Shown: positions 1-7,603, counted from the first letter of the whole stretch. The stretch: 63,923 nt of DNA, filler included, from an uncultured bacterium (GCA_964449065.1; 3 parts of 3 records of this genome joined end to end with filler, not necessarily neighbours in it), one strand, 5' to 3'. Notes: generated by a model not told the origin, from the letters alone. A program made the numbers and translations.

Positions 1-69
1 CTTAATCTTGATCCTTTTCAGAACATCCGGATTCTCACACCCAAACAGTACCTCACTGATTTTTTGTAA
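1..69 (+). CDS. 3' end of probable PIN-domain (PIN_3-like) toxin, truncated by window edge
   Basis: Frame 1 reads LNLDPFQNIRILTPKQYLTDFL*, resembling the LxxFxxIxILTPxxF/YL tail of PIN-family toxins; the stop overlaps the MITE end. Confidence 0.5.
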   Translation, partial: LNLDPFQNIRILTPKQYLTDFL

Positions 70-239
70 TAGGTCAGCCGCTTGAAGAGAAATTCCCCTC
101 CCAAAGGTGGGAGGGGCTAGGGGAGGGTTTGAAGCACTGAGCGTTTAACCCCCACCTAGCCTCCCCCATTGCATTGGGGGAGGAATAAGAAAATCGATTC
201 GATTTTTTGAATATGCACTTCATATCGCTGACCTGTTAC
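66..239 (+). mobile_element. MITE family A (GTAA...TTAC ends, ~175 bp) with internal GC hairpins
   Basis: TIR GTAATAGGTCAG / CTGACCTGTTAC; near-identical copy at 44475-44650 and diverged inverted copy at 10561-10747; flanks gatttttt/gatgtttt resemble a TSD. Confidence 0.8.
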
Positions 240-343
240 CGATGTTTTAATGTGAAAGAGGTGGATCGTTGTTTTTTATGGGAAAGAGGTATAATCCGCA
301 CGCTGAATTTATCGAATATGAATAAAAGGCAGGATACACGGTA

Positions 344-694
344 ATGTTTATAACTCCCATTTTGCTGTTAGTTGTTTCAAATATTTTTATGACGTATGCG
401 TGGTATGGTCATTTGAAAGATTTTCGGACACAGCATATTGCCTTGGTGATTGTGTTGAGTTGGGGAATTGCGTTTTTTGAGTATTGTTTTCAAGTTCCTG
501 CAAACCGGATCGGATCGGCTCATTTTTCGTTGGTGCAGTTGAAAGTTTTGCAAGAAATTATCACCATGACGGTGTTTGGATTGTTTTGTGTTTTTTATAT
601 GAAAGAAAATTTGAGCAAAGATTTTGTTTGGGCGGGGCTGTGTTTGGTGGGAGCTGCGTATTTTATGTTTCGGAATGTACCGGAGTTGAAATAA
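344..694 (+). CDS. DMT family membrane protein (DUF486-like)
   Basis: SNIFMTYAWYGHLK, SWGIAFFEY, QVPANRIG and QLKVLQEIIT motifs; four hydrophobic segments. Confidence 0.85.
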   Translation: MFITPILLLVVSNIFMTYAWYGHLKDFRTQHIALVIVLSWGIAFFEYCFQVPANRIGSAHFSLVQLKVLQEIITMTVFGLFCVFYMKENLSKDFVWAGLCLVGAAYFMFRNVPELK

Positions 695-714
695 CGGGTA
701 AATTTTTAGACTTG

Positions 715-941
715 TCAAAAAAAATGTGGGTGAATTTTGGTTCGGGCAAGTGTCCAAGTGTATGATATAACGCCACTTCCAAACTTCGGAAGGTGCGAAA
801 TCCGTATGCTTTTCTGGTGGTGACTTTTGCTTTGTTGTTTAACCCTTCCACAATGCCCGATGAAAATTCCTTTTTCGCCTGAAACCAATTCAAAATTAAT
901 TCGCGATGACGCCCGCAACATCTTCGCCACTTTCTTCATCG
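715..941 (-). pseudogene. ISL3-family transposase C-terminal remnant (frameshifted, 5'-truncated)
   Basis: PMKKVAKMLR, then frameshift to NWFQAKKEFSSGIVEGLNNKAKVTTRKAYGFRT; homology stops at the repeat starting at 942. Confidence 0.85.
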
Positions 942-1130
942 GACGGGTCACAAGGCGAAGGCCGTTCGTCCCCCCTGCTGTTCAGGCAAATCGCCCGCTC
1001 ACATCCAACCATCTTGATCCAACCCTCTTGCCAAAAATCCCAACAGCGGTCAACTCGAACAACCCGGGGACGGCAAGTCGTTCTCTCTCTCTTCATCAAA
1101 GGCAGACTTCGCTTGCCTTTGCCGCCCGTC
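942..1130. repeat. Module-delimiting repeat, copy 1 (full length)
   Basis: GACGGG...CCCGTC ends; closely matches 4901-5103 and 5816-5999 in the same orientation. Confidence 0.9.
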
Positions 1131-1168
1131 TATTAATGGGCGCAAAAAGACCGTGCCCATACAACTGA

Positions 1169-1306
1169 CTGTCAGAATTAGGATAACCAGGATAAAAGAA
1201 TGAACAGGATTTTTACCGCAAGAGAATCAATCCTGTGGAAAGCCATAGATTTTGATGAATGTTATCCTGAGCATCCCGCCAATCCTGGGCATTCTGATTC
1301 AGACAA
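1169..1306. mobile_element. MITE-like element with AGGAT/ATCCT internal repeats
   Basis: Imperfect TIR CTGTCAGAATTAGGAT / ATTCTGATTCAGACAA; flanked by ATGGGC...CCCAT REP-like hairpins. Confidence 0.5.
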
Positions 1307-1420
1307 TGAATAGTAAACGCAGGATGGGCAAAGCGGTATCATACCCATCGGGATTATACAATTATTGGGCACACCATGCACATATTCCCCACGATTAAAC
1401 GTGGATTTTATTATGGAAAA

Positions 1421-1436
1421 TGTGTATAATATAGAT
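1421..1436 (+). promoter_or_regulatory. -10 box of Fic TA operon (leaderless configuration)
   Basis: TGTG-TATAAT ends 6 nt before ATG 1437; no SD. Confidence 0.55.
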
Positions 1437-1652
1437 ATGAAAAATAATCAAAAAACTCACACACCACAGAAAACCGCCAAAGAAAGACTGATGGAGGGCA
1501 TTCACCTTCATGAGATCGAAGGCAATCCGTTAACTTCGGAAGAAGTTGAATTGCTTTTACGATTTGAGCATGAAAATTGGCCCTATGAAAAGCGGATTGA
1601 ATATATCCGCAATACCGCACTGAATGAATTGGTGCAGTCAACAGAAGAATGA
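1437..1652 (+). CDS. VbhA-like antitoxin of Fic TA module
   Basis: 71 aa; IHLHEIEGNPL resembles the inhibitory xxxEG motif; ATGA overlap with the Fic gene. Confidence 0.7.
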   Translation: MKNNQKTHTPQKTAKERLMEGIHLHEIEGNPLTSEEVELLLRFEHENWPYEKRIEYIRNTALNELVQSTEE

Positions 1653-2227
1653 GTGATAACCAATATTGTTACCCACCTGAATATACCGTCCTAAAAAACA
1701 AATTGGATATCCGCGACGCCGAACTACTGGATAAAGTGGAACGGAAAATCGTTTCGATTCGGATTGAACAGGGCCCGCCGCATGGTGATTTTGACCTCAA
1801 TCATCTTAAAGCGATTCACCTACATTTGTTTCAGGATATTTATGCGTGGGCGGGTGAAATCCGCACGGTTGAAATCTCCAAAGATGGACATCAATTCCAG
1901 TTGATGAAGTTTATCGAAACCGGTATGGCAGATGTTCACCGCCGTATCGTAGAAAATCATTATCTTCAAGAGTTACATCCTGCCGAATTCGCCCAAAAAG
2001 CCGGTGAGATCATCGGCGATCTTAATTACGTTCATCCCTTTCGTGAAGGCAACGGCAGAACGCAATTGCAATATTTAGATCAACTTGCAGAACAAGCCGG
2101 GTATAAACTGGAGGTAATTCGAATTCAGCCCGCCCATTGGCTGCAAGCATCCCGTGAAGCCCATAACAATGATTACAGGCTGATGATTCATTGTATTGAA
2201 CACGCAATTGCAAAGGAGCAAAAATGA
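1649..2227 (+). CDS. Fic/DOC family toxin
   Basis: HPFREGNGRTQ motif, IHxxLFQDIYxWAG, N-terminal VLKNKL. Confidence 0.92.
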   Translation: MSDNQYCYPPEYTVLKNKLDIRDAELLDKVERKIVSIRIEQGPPHGDFDLNHLKAIHLHLFQDIYAWAGEIRTVEISKDGHQFQLMKFIETGMADVHRRIVENHYLQELHPAEFAQKAGEIIGDLNYVHPFREGNGRTQLQYLDQLAEQAGYKLEVIRIQPAHWLQASREAHNNDYRLMIHCIEHAIAKEQK

Positions 2228-2264
2228 TGGGCACCAAACGGGCGTGCCCATCCTACGGACTGTG

Positions 2265-2329
2265 GACGGTTGACAAGTCGTTCTCTCTCTTCATCAAAGG
2301 CAGATTTCGCTTGCCTTTGCCGCCTGTAC
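2265..2329. repeat. Module-delimiting repeat, copy 2 (internally deleted)
   Basis: Left end GACGGTTGACAAG joined through CAAG microhomology to the right half TCGTTCTCTCTCTTCATCAAAGGCAG...GCCGCCTGTA. Confidence 0.8.
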
Positions 2330-2464
2330 CATCAATTTCAAAAGAAAAGCAATATTGAAGGTAAGGATTCAAGTTTCAAGTTCGTATAGCGTTATCCACC
2401 ACGTTTTTCACTCTTCAATTAAAATCGGCAATTTCAAGCTTAATTAGATATTTCCCTTACATAA

Positions 2465-2492
2465 TATTGATAATGATATATCATTATCAATA
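2465..2492. promoter_or_regulatory. Perfect 28-bp palindrome, Fur-family (Fur/Zur)-type operator
   Basis: TATTGATAATGATA|TATCATTATCAATA contains GATAATGAT...ATCATTATC half sites, ~50 bp upstream of the oxidoreductase ORF. Confidence 0.7.
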
Positions 2493-2542
2493 ATGTTGCA
2501 ATGGGTATATGATTTATCCCAAAGGAGGCAACAACATACAAA

Positions 2543-3703
2543 ATGAAAGGGAATCATGGAATGAATGCATCGCTTAAACGTAAAAAAATGAAAACGTTAC
2601 CACGACTCTCTCCATTCTCTGTACTGATTGTTGGTGCAGGCGCATCAGGCATTGGAATGGGGATCGTTTTCGAGAAATGTGGAATAAAAGATTACGTAAT
2701 TCTTGAACGCAACAAGATCGGTTCTTCCTTTGTCGCCTGGCCTCGCTACACACGGTTCATCTCGCCGTCGTTCTGCGGTAATTTTTTTAACGCTGTTGAC
2801 TTGAACGCCGTATCTCCTGATACTTCGCCCGCCTTCACCCTCATGACAGAACACCCATACGGCAATGAATACGAAAAATACCTACAGCAGGCTGCAAAAC
2901 ATTTCACACTCAAAGTGCGAAAACAGACTTCGGTGCTTTCAATTAAAAAACAAGGCGATGTATTCGAAATTGAAACCAACAAAGCCATTTTCACAAGTCG
3001 ATTTGTGATATGGGCTGGTGGTGAATTTTCGAATCCAGCAAACCAACCATTCGATGGTGCGGAATATTGTGTCCACTCTTCTATCATAGAGGATTTTCCC
3101 GATAACAAGTACACGATCATCGGAGGTTTCGAAAGCGGCATGGAGCTTGCCGCACATCTCCTCTCGAACGGCAAATCAGTAACGATCATCGATGCCGGCG
3201 AACCGTGGGAAGTCAATGGCAGCGACTCCAGCATCTCACTGGCACCCTCAACCCGTGACCGACTGAGACCTTTCATCGGTACACCGGACTTGCGCTTTAT
3301 CGGAAAGTCTCGTGTTATCAAAGTCGAGTTTAAAGAAAACGGTTACAAAATCATCTTTGAAAACAAAAAACATATCCTAAGCCCCACCCGCCCCATCCTC
3401 GCGACGGGATTCCACCCACTTTCTCCCGTCGTACAGGAACTCTTTATGCAAGAAGAAGATGGAGTCGCCCTTACGGAAGACGACGAGTCAACCGTAACAC
3501 CAGGACTTTTTCTTGTTGGTCCGCGTGTGCGTCATGTAGGAGGAAATTTCTGTTTCATTTACAAGTTCCGACAGCGGCTCCCAATTGTTGCAGAGATAAT
3601 TGCAGATCGATTGAACCTGAGTACAGAAGGACTAGACGAGTACAAGAAAGCCAACATGTACCTCAAAGATTTGTCTTGCTGTAACAACGAGTGCACCTGT
3701 TAA
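2543..3703 (+). CDS. NAD(P)/FAD-dependent oxidoreductase (flavin monooxygenase-like) with Cys-rich tail; start uncertain
   Basis: IVGAGASG, IGGFESG, ILATGF, ESTVTPGLFLVG, FCFIYKFRQR; C-terminal DLSCCNNECTC. Confidence 0.85.
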   Translation: MKGNHGMNASLKRKKMKTLPRLSPFSVLIVGAGASGIGMGIVFEKCGIKDYVILERNKIGSSFVAWPRYTRFISPSFCGNFFNAVDLNAVSPDTSPAFTLMTEHPYGNEYEKYLQQAAKHFTLKVRKQTSVLSIKKQGDVFEIETNKAIFTSRFVIWAGGEFSNPANQPFDGAEYCVHSSIIEDFPDNKYTIIGGFESGMELAAHLLSNGKSVTIIDAGEPWEVNGSDSSISLAPSTRDRLRPFIGTPDLRFIGKSRVIKVEFKENGYKIIFENKKHILSPTRPILATGFHPLSPVVQELFMQEEDGVALTEDDESTVTPGLFLVGPRVRHVGGNFCFIYKFRQRLPIVAEIIADRLNLSTEGLDEYKKANMYLKDLSCCNNECTC

Positions 3704-3852
3704 TTATAAAAATATAAATTCAATATCATGAAAGTAAAATCATTGATTAAAAAAACATTGTGAAGCCTGCAGAGTATTCAAGCGCGGTAAATATGTATAC
3801 ATCGTCAGCAAACTGAATCCGCGCTGCAAGCAAAGACAAGGAGAGTCATCTC

Positions 3853-4830
3853 ATGTATTTCGGCAACAAAGTCTTTACGAACTTCGGCACAACAATTCTG
3901 CTTCTAGGTGCCATTGTTATCGGGTCACTCATAGGCTCACTCTATCCACAGGGTGGCCGCTGCCTTAGTGACTATGTAGACTTCACCATTCTTGCCCTTG
4001 TGTCGCTCCTCTTTTTCGAGGTGCGTTTCGAAGCACTTTCCAAGATTACACAAAACTTCAGGTTCCTCTCGATAGCCTGGGTCGCCAACTTTATCTTTAT
4101 ACCAACCATCGGCTTTCTCATCGCGTCCCTATTTCTATCCGGCAAGCCTCTCTTCTTAACCGGTCTTTTCATCTACTTTAGCGCGCCTTGCACAGATTGG
4201 TTTTTGGGCTTCACCAGACTTGCACACGGCAATACTTCGCTCGGGGCGGCTCTTCTGCCCATCAACTTGATTTCGCAACTTCTCTTGTATCCAATTTATC
4301 TTTCCCTCTTTGTGCACAAACAGGTCAGCGTCAATATCGCTTCCATCGGACATACGCTTCTGATTTGGTTCCTAATACCGTTCATTGGTGCGGTTCTCGT
4401 GCACATGTTGCTCAAGACAGTGCTCCACACACAAACCTTTGAAAGGCTGCTGGTACTCATTGGTAAAATCATTCCGTTTGTCATTAGTGTTCTCGTTGTC
4501 TGCATCTTCTCGGCAAATTTTGGGACCATCCTCGAACACATTGGCACTTTCCTGATCATACTTGTCGCTGTGTTTACATTCTTCGTTGTCACCTACTTTC
4601 TCGTTGAAGGAGCAGCCAAGATATTCAAACTCAATTATCCAGAGCACGTGCTTCTCGTTATGACAACCGCTGCACGCAACGCACCGATGATGCTCGGTCT
4701 TTCTGCAGCCGCACTGCCCGATCAACCTCTCATCCACGCAGCAATCGTGATTGGCATGCTTGTCGAGTTCCCCCATCTAACAGCACTGAAACATATTATG
4801 CTCAAGAGACGCTCTACAACTACTCCATAA
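3853..4830 (+). CDS. Acr3/SBF-family transporter (arsenic resistance protein-like)
   Basis: About 10 TM segments; NFIFIP, APCTDWFLGFT, LLPINL, ARNAP, MLVEFP motifs. Confidence 0.8.
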   Translation: MYFGNKVFTNFGTTILLLGAIVIGSLIGSLYPQGGRCLSDYVDFTILALVSLLFFEVRFEALSKITQNFRFLSIAWVANFIFIPTIGFLIASLFLSGKPLFLTGLFIYFSAPCTDWFLGFTRLAHGNTSLGAALLPINLISQLLLYPIYLSLFVHKQVSVNIASIGHTLLIWFLIPFIGAVLVHMLLKTVLHTQTFERLLVLIGKIIPFVISVLVVCIFSANFGTILEHIGTFLIILVAVFTFFVVTYFLVEGAAKIFKLNYPEHVLLVMTTAARNAPMMLGLSAAALPDQPLIHAAIVIGMLVEFPHLTALKHIMLKRRSTTTP

Positions 4831-4900
4831 TATAACTACTTCCATTTAATTTCCGCAAACTAATCTTAGTCCGTTTTCTCAACATTCCATAATCCATATG

Positions 4901-5103
4901 GACGGACAGATGGCAAGCACAAGGCCGTTGGTCTCCCCTTGCTGTTCAGTACAGTTCAGGCGAATCGCCCGCTCACACCCAACTTTCTTGATCCAACCAT
5001 CTTGCCAAAAATCCCACCAGCGGTCAACTCGAACTATTCGGGGGCGGCAAGTCGTTCTCTCTCTTCATCAAAGGCAGTCTTCGCTTGCGTTTGCCGCCCC
5101 GCC
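4901..5103. repeat. Module-delimiting repeat, copy 3
   Basis: Homologous to 942-1130; perfect internal stem GGGGCGGCAA...TTGCCGCCCC. Confidence 0.9.
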
Positions 5104-5104
5104 T

Positions 5105-5236
5105 AAGGTTTCCCCAGGACAAATATACAGCGGCACGCCATCCACCGCCCGCACATGGTTCATCACATTGCCCATCACACCTTTGCGGATGGGGATATTT
5201 AACGAGATTGCTTACTTGTAAGAGGGGCGGTGTCAT
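5105..5236 (-). pseudogene. 5' fragment of OppF/DppF-like peptide ABC ATPase
   Basis: MTPPLLQVSNLVKY, then with a frameshift PIRKGVMGNVMNHVRAVDGVPLYICPGETL; ends at repeat copy 3. Confidence 0.7.
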
Positions 5237-5497
5237 TTAAGGGCGGTTATTTTTGTGCGCTTCATAGTATGTGCGAAGAATGGCATTGATGCGTGTTTGA
5301 TAGCCTTTTCCTTCTTTTTTGAGCCAATCCAAAATATCGGCATCCAAACGGATATACACCCCTTGTTTTGGTTCCGGCATTTGTATTTCCGCGCTTTCCC
5401 AAAACGCAGCATCCGTCTCAGGAATGTCAGAGTAATCGATATCTTCATCCCGCAGTGCTTCAATCTCTTTCTTGCGTTTTTTTGAGATGGTTAACAT
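5237..5497 (-). CDS. brnA: BrnA-family antitoxin
   Basis: IDYSDIPE, VYIRLDADILDWLK, GYQTRINAILR. Confidence 0.9.
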   Translation of the reverse strand: MLTISKKRKKEIEALRDEDIDYSDIPETDAAFWESAEIQMPEPKQGVYIRLDADILDWLKKEGKGYQTRINAILRTYYEAHKNNRP

Positions 5498-5753
5498 AAA
5501 TATTCCTTTCTGCACGGTTTGCCCGTCTGGCGGATAGGATTCGGATCACATCGTTTCTATCCACATGAACGACAACAATGACGGCAATTCCAGCCATACT
5601 CCCTAAACTGATGAATCGTTCTTCACCATAATCAAAACGGTCATCTACACGTGTGAGAACAAACCCATTACATATTTCTTTTGCTTCCTCAAACGCCAGC
5701 CCATGCTTTTGACGATTGATCTTATTTTTCTGTTCGTCCCAATCAAATTTCAT
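5460..5753 (-). CDS. brnT: BrnT-family toxin
   Basis: MKFDWDEQKNKINRQKHGLAFEEA, DYGEERF, IRILSARRA. Confidence 0.92.
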   Translation of the reverse strand: MKFDWDEQKNKINRQKHGLAFEEAKEICNGFVLTRVDDRFDYGEERFISLGSMAGIAVIVVVHVDRNDVIRILSARRANRAERNIYVNHLKKTQERD

Positions 5754-5759
5754 ACTTTA

Positions 5760-5788
5760 AGTATATATAGATTGTATATACAATGCAA
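5760..5788 (-). promoter_or_regulatory. sigma70 promoter with palindromic operator for brnTA (leaderless)
   Basis: TTGCAT-N17-TATACT, 6 nt before ATG; palindrome ATTGTATATACAAT in the spacer. Confidence 0.7.
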
Positions 5789-5815
5789 TACTACTTTTAT
5801 AGGGATACAAACACA

Positions 5816-5999
5816 GACGGGTCACAAGGGCAAGGCTGTTCGTTTCCCCTTGCTGTTCAGTACAGTTCAGGCGAATCGCCCGCTCACATTCAACTATCTT
5901 GCCAAAAATCCCACCGGCGGTCAACTCGAACAATTCGGGGGCGGCAAGTCGTTCTCTCTCTTCATCAAAGGCAGACTTCGCTTGCCTTTGCCGCCCGTC
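5816..5999. repeat. Module-delimiting repeat, copy 4
   Basis: GACGGGTCACAAGGGCAAG...CTTGCCTTTGCCGCCCGTC, ~19-bp imperfect terminal IR. Confidence 0.9.
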
Positions 6000-6040
6000 C
6001 AAACCAACTGACTTACTGAAGGAATTAGTTAATCTTGCTC

Positions 6041-6068
6041 TTGCCTATGACATCATATACGCTATCAT
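6041..6068 (+). promoter_or_regulatory. sigma70 promoter of PIN TA operon (leaderless)
   Basis: TTGCCT-N16-TATCAT, 6 nt before ATG 6075. Confidence 0.55.
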
Positions 6069-6074
6069 TTATCG

Positions 6075-6500
6075 ATGGGAGAGAACATCGTTATTGATAC
6101 GAGCGTACTGATCAGTGCGTTGATAGGAAATGAAGGACCGGGCAGGGAAATTTTGCGCCGTTGCCTGTTGGGACACTATACCCCATTAATGAGCAACACC
6201 TTATTTCATGAATATGAAGACGTTACTACGCGCAAAAATATACTTGATCTGTGTCCCCTGAAGCCTGATGAAATCAGAACACTGCTCAATGCCTTATACA
6301 GCACGTGCCGGTGGATACCCATTTACTTTTTATGGCGGCCGAACCTCAAAGATGAAGACGACAATTTTTTGATAGAACTCGCTATTGCAGGCAACAGCGG
6401 ATATATTATTACCAATGATACCAAAGACCTGCGAAATGCCGAGTTACATTTTGAAAACCTAACCATAGTAACACCCGAAGAATTTTTGAGAGGGAACTAG
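6075..6500 (+). CDS. PIN-domain toxin (PIN_3 family)
   Basis: IVIDTSVLISAL, EYEDV, WRPNLKDEDDNFLIELA, IITNDTKDL. Confidence 0.9.
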   Translation: MGENIVIDTSVLISALIGNEGPGREILRRCLLGHYTPLMSNTLFHEYEDVTTRKNILDLCPLKPDEIRTLLNALYSTCRWIPIYFLWRPNLKDEDDNFLIELAIAGNSGYIITNDTKDLRNAELHFENLTIVTPEEFLRGN

Positions 6501-6501
6501 C

Positions 6502-6723
6502 ATGGCTACGTTAACCGTGAGATTGCCGGATGATAAACACGAACGGCTCAAAGCATTGGCTGCGCATAAAAAGATCAGTGTAAACAAGCTGGTGGAAGAA
6601 CTTTCCACTCAAGCGCTGGCAGAATTTGATAGCGAAATCCGCTTTCGAGCCTTAGCGGCAAAAGGCAACCGAAAAAAAGGCTTGGCTCTGCTTGATCAGC
6701 TCGATACTCATTTTAAAGAGTAA
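6502..6723 (+). CDS. HicB-like/RHH antitoxin
   Basis: MATLTVRLPDDKHERLKALA...SVNKL; directly follows the PIN toxin. Confidence 0.85.
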   Translation: MATLTVRLPDDKHERLKALAAHKKISVNKLVEELSTQALAEFDSEIRFRALAAKGNRKKGLALLDQLDTHFKE

Positions 6724-6769
6724 CGCCAGCCATAACCGCACCCAATAAGCGAAGCATAGCGCCAACACT

Positions 6770-6817
6770 CTACCATTGTGATAGGAGTTGTTCGTACTCA
6801 TCGTGAGTCCCAATCCA
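6770..6817 (-). pseudogene. 3' tail of RelE/ParE-like toxin gene
   Basis: WIGTHDEYEQLLSQW* matches the WIG(S/T)HxEY C-terminal motif; cut off at repeat copy 5. Confidence 0.55.
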
Positions 6818-6820
6818 TCT

Positions 6821-6894
6821 GAACGGGTCACAAGCACAAGGCCGTTCGTCTCCCCCTGCTGTTCATGCGAATCGGTCGAGGCCCAGTCCATCTG
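6821..6894. repeat. Module-delimiting repeat, copy 5 (left part only)
   Basis: GAACGGGTCACAAGCACAAGGCCGTTCGTCTCCCCCTGCTGTTCA; bracketed by TCCATCTG at 6814-6821 and 6887-6894. Confidence 0.8.
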
Positions 6895-6976
6895 GATACC
6901 CGGTTAGAGTATTGACCAAAAATATATTCACTTTAGGGCGCACCGGCTTTCAAACGGTTGTCCGATTTCCGATTAT

Positions 6977-7603
6977 TTATCCATCGCAGGTGCCCGAGCA
7001 GCCGAAATCGGCTAATGATATACCGGGATATTGCGAGGTGGTAAAGGGATAACCTTTGCCGCCACCGCCATCGGCGAGGGGACGGTAGATGGTGCCTTTG
7101 CTGTTGAGTCCGTTTGACATGTCGTAGGGCAGGAAAAACTCCTGGCCGGATGCGATGGAACCGTCTTTATCGGGGCCGACGGATTTGGTGAAAAAGGCGG
7201 CATTTTTATGCCGGGCATAATATTTGGGTGCGGCAATCCCGATTCTCCCCGCTCCTTCGACGGCAGAAGGTTCAACGTGGTATTGTCCACAAAACCATTG
7301 CCAGGTTTGGGTTTCGTGTTCGGTTTGAAAGGGATCGGACATGCTGGTGCTTAAATAGGCGATGGGGCTGGTGATGAATTTGTGCTGGGCCTTGCAGCGG
7401 TCGGCGTGAGGCGGCCAAGCGTTGTTGTCTAGTTTGTACATTAAATAGGCTTCGTTGAGGGAGCGCATTTCGGCTTCCGCTTTGGCGATCTTGGCCTTGG
7501 TTTGGGCGTTTAAAAAGTTGGGTACAGCAATGGCGGCTAGAATCCCGATGATGGCGACGACAATGAGCAACTCAATTAACGTAAAGGCTGTTTTCATTTG
7601 CAC
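6977..7603 (-). CDS. Prepilin-type N-terminal cleavage/methylation domain protein
   Basis: AFTLIELLIVVAIIGILAAIAVPNF; ITSPIAY, SVGPD, YDMSNGLNSKG. Confidence 0.88.
   Translation of the reverse strand: MQMKTAFTLIELLIVVAIIGILAAIAVPNFLNAQTKAKIAKAEAEMRSLNEAYLMYKLDNNAWPPHADRCKAQHKFITSPIAYLSTSMSDPFQTEHETQTWQWFCGQYHVEPSAVEGAGRIGIAAPKYYARHKNAAFFTKSVGPDKDGSIASGQEFFLPYDMSNGLNSKGTIYRPLADGGGGKGYPFTTSQYPGISLADFGCSGTCDG

Noticed and set aside
827..1168. Short ORFs over the repeat copies (also 4898-5221, 5703-6111, 6652-6891)
   Set aside because: Frames are not preserved between copies because of indels; they are translations of a non-coding repeat.
942..6894. CRISPR array or classical integron attC array
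   Set aside because: Repeats are ~190 bp with kb-sized, uneven intervals; no RYYYAAC/GTTRRRY ends, and no cas or intI gene in the window.
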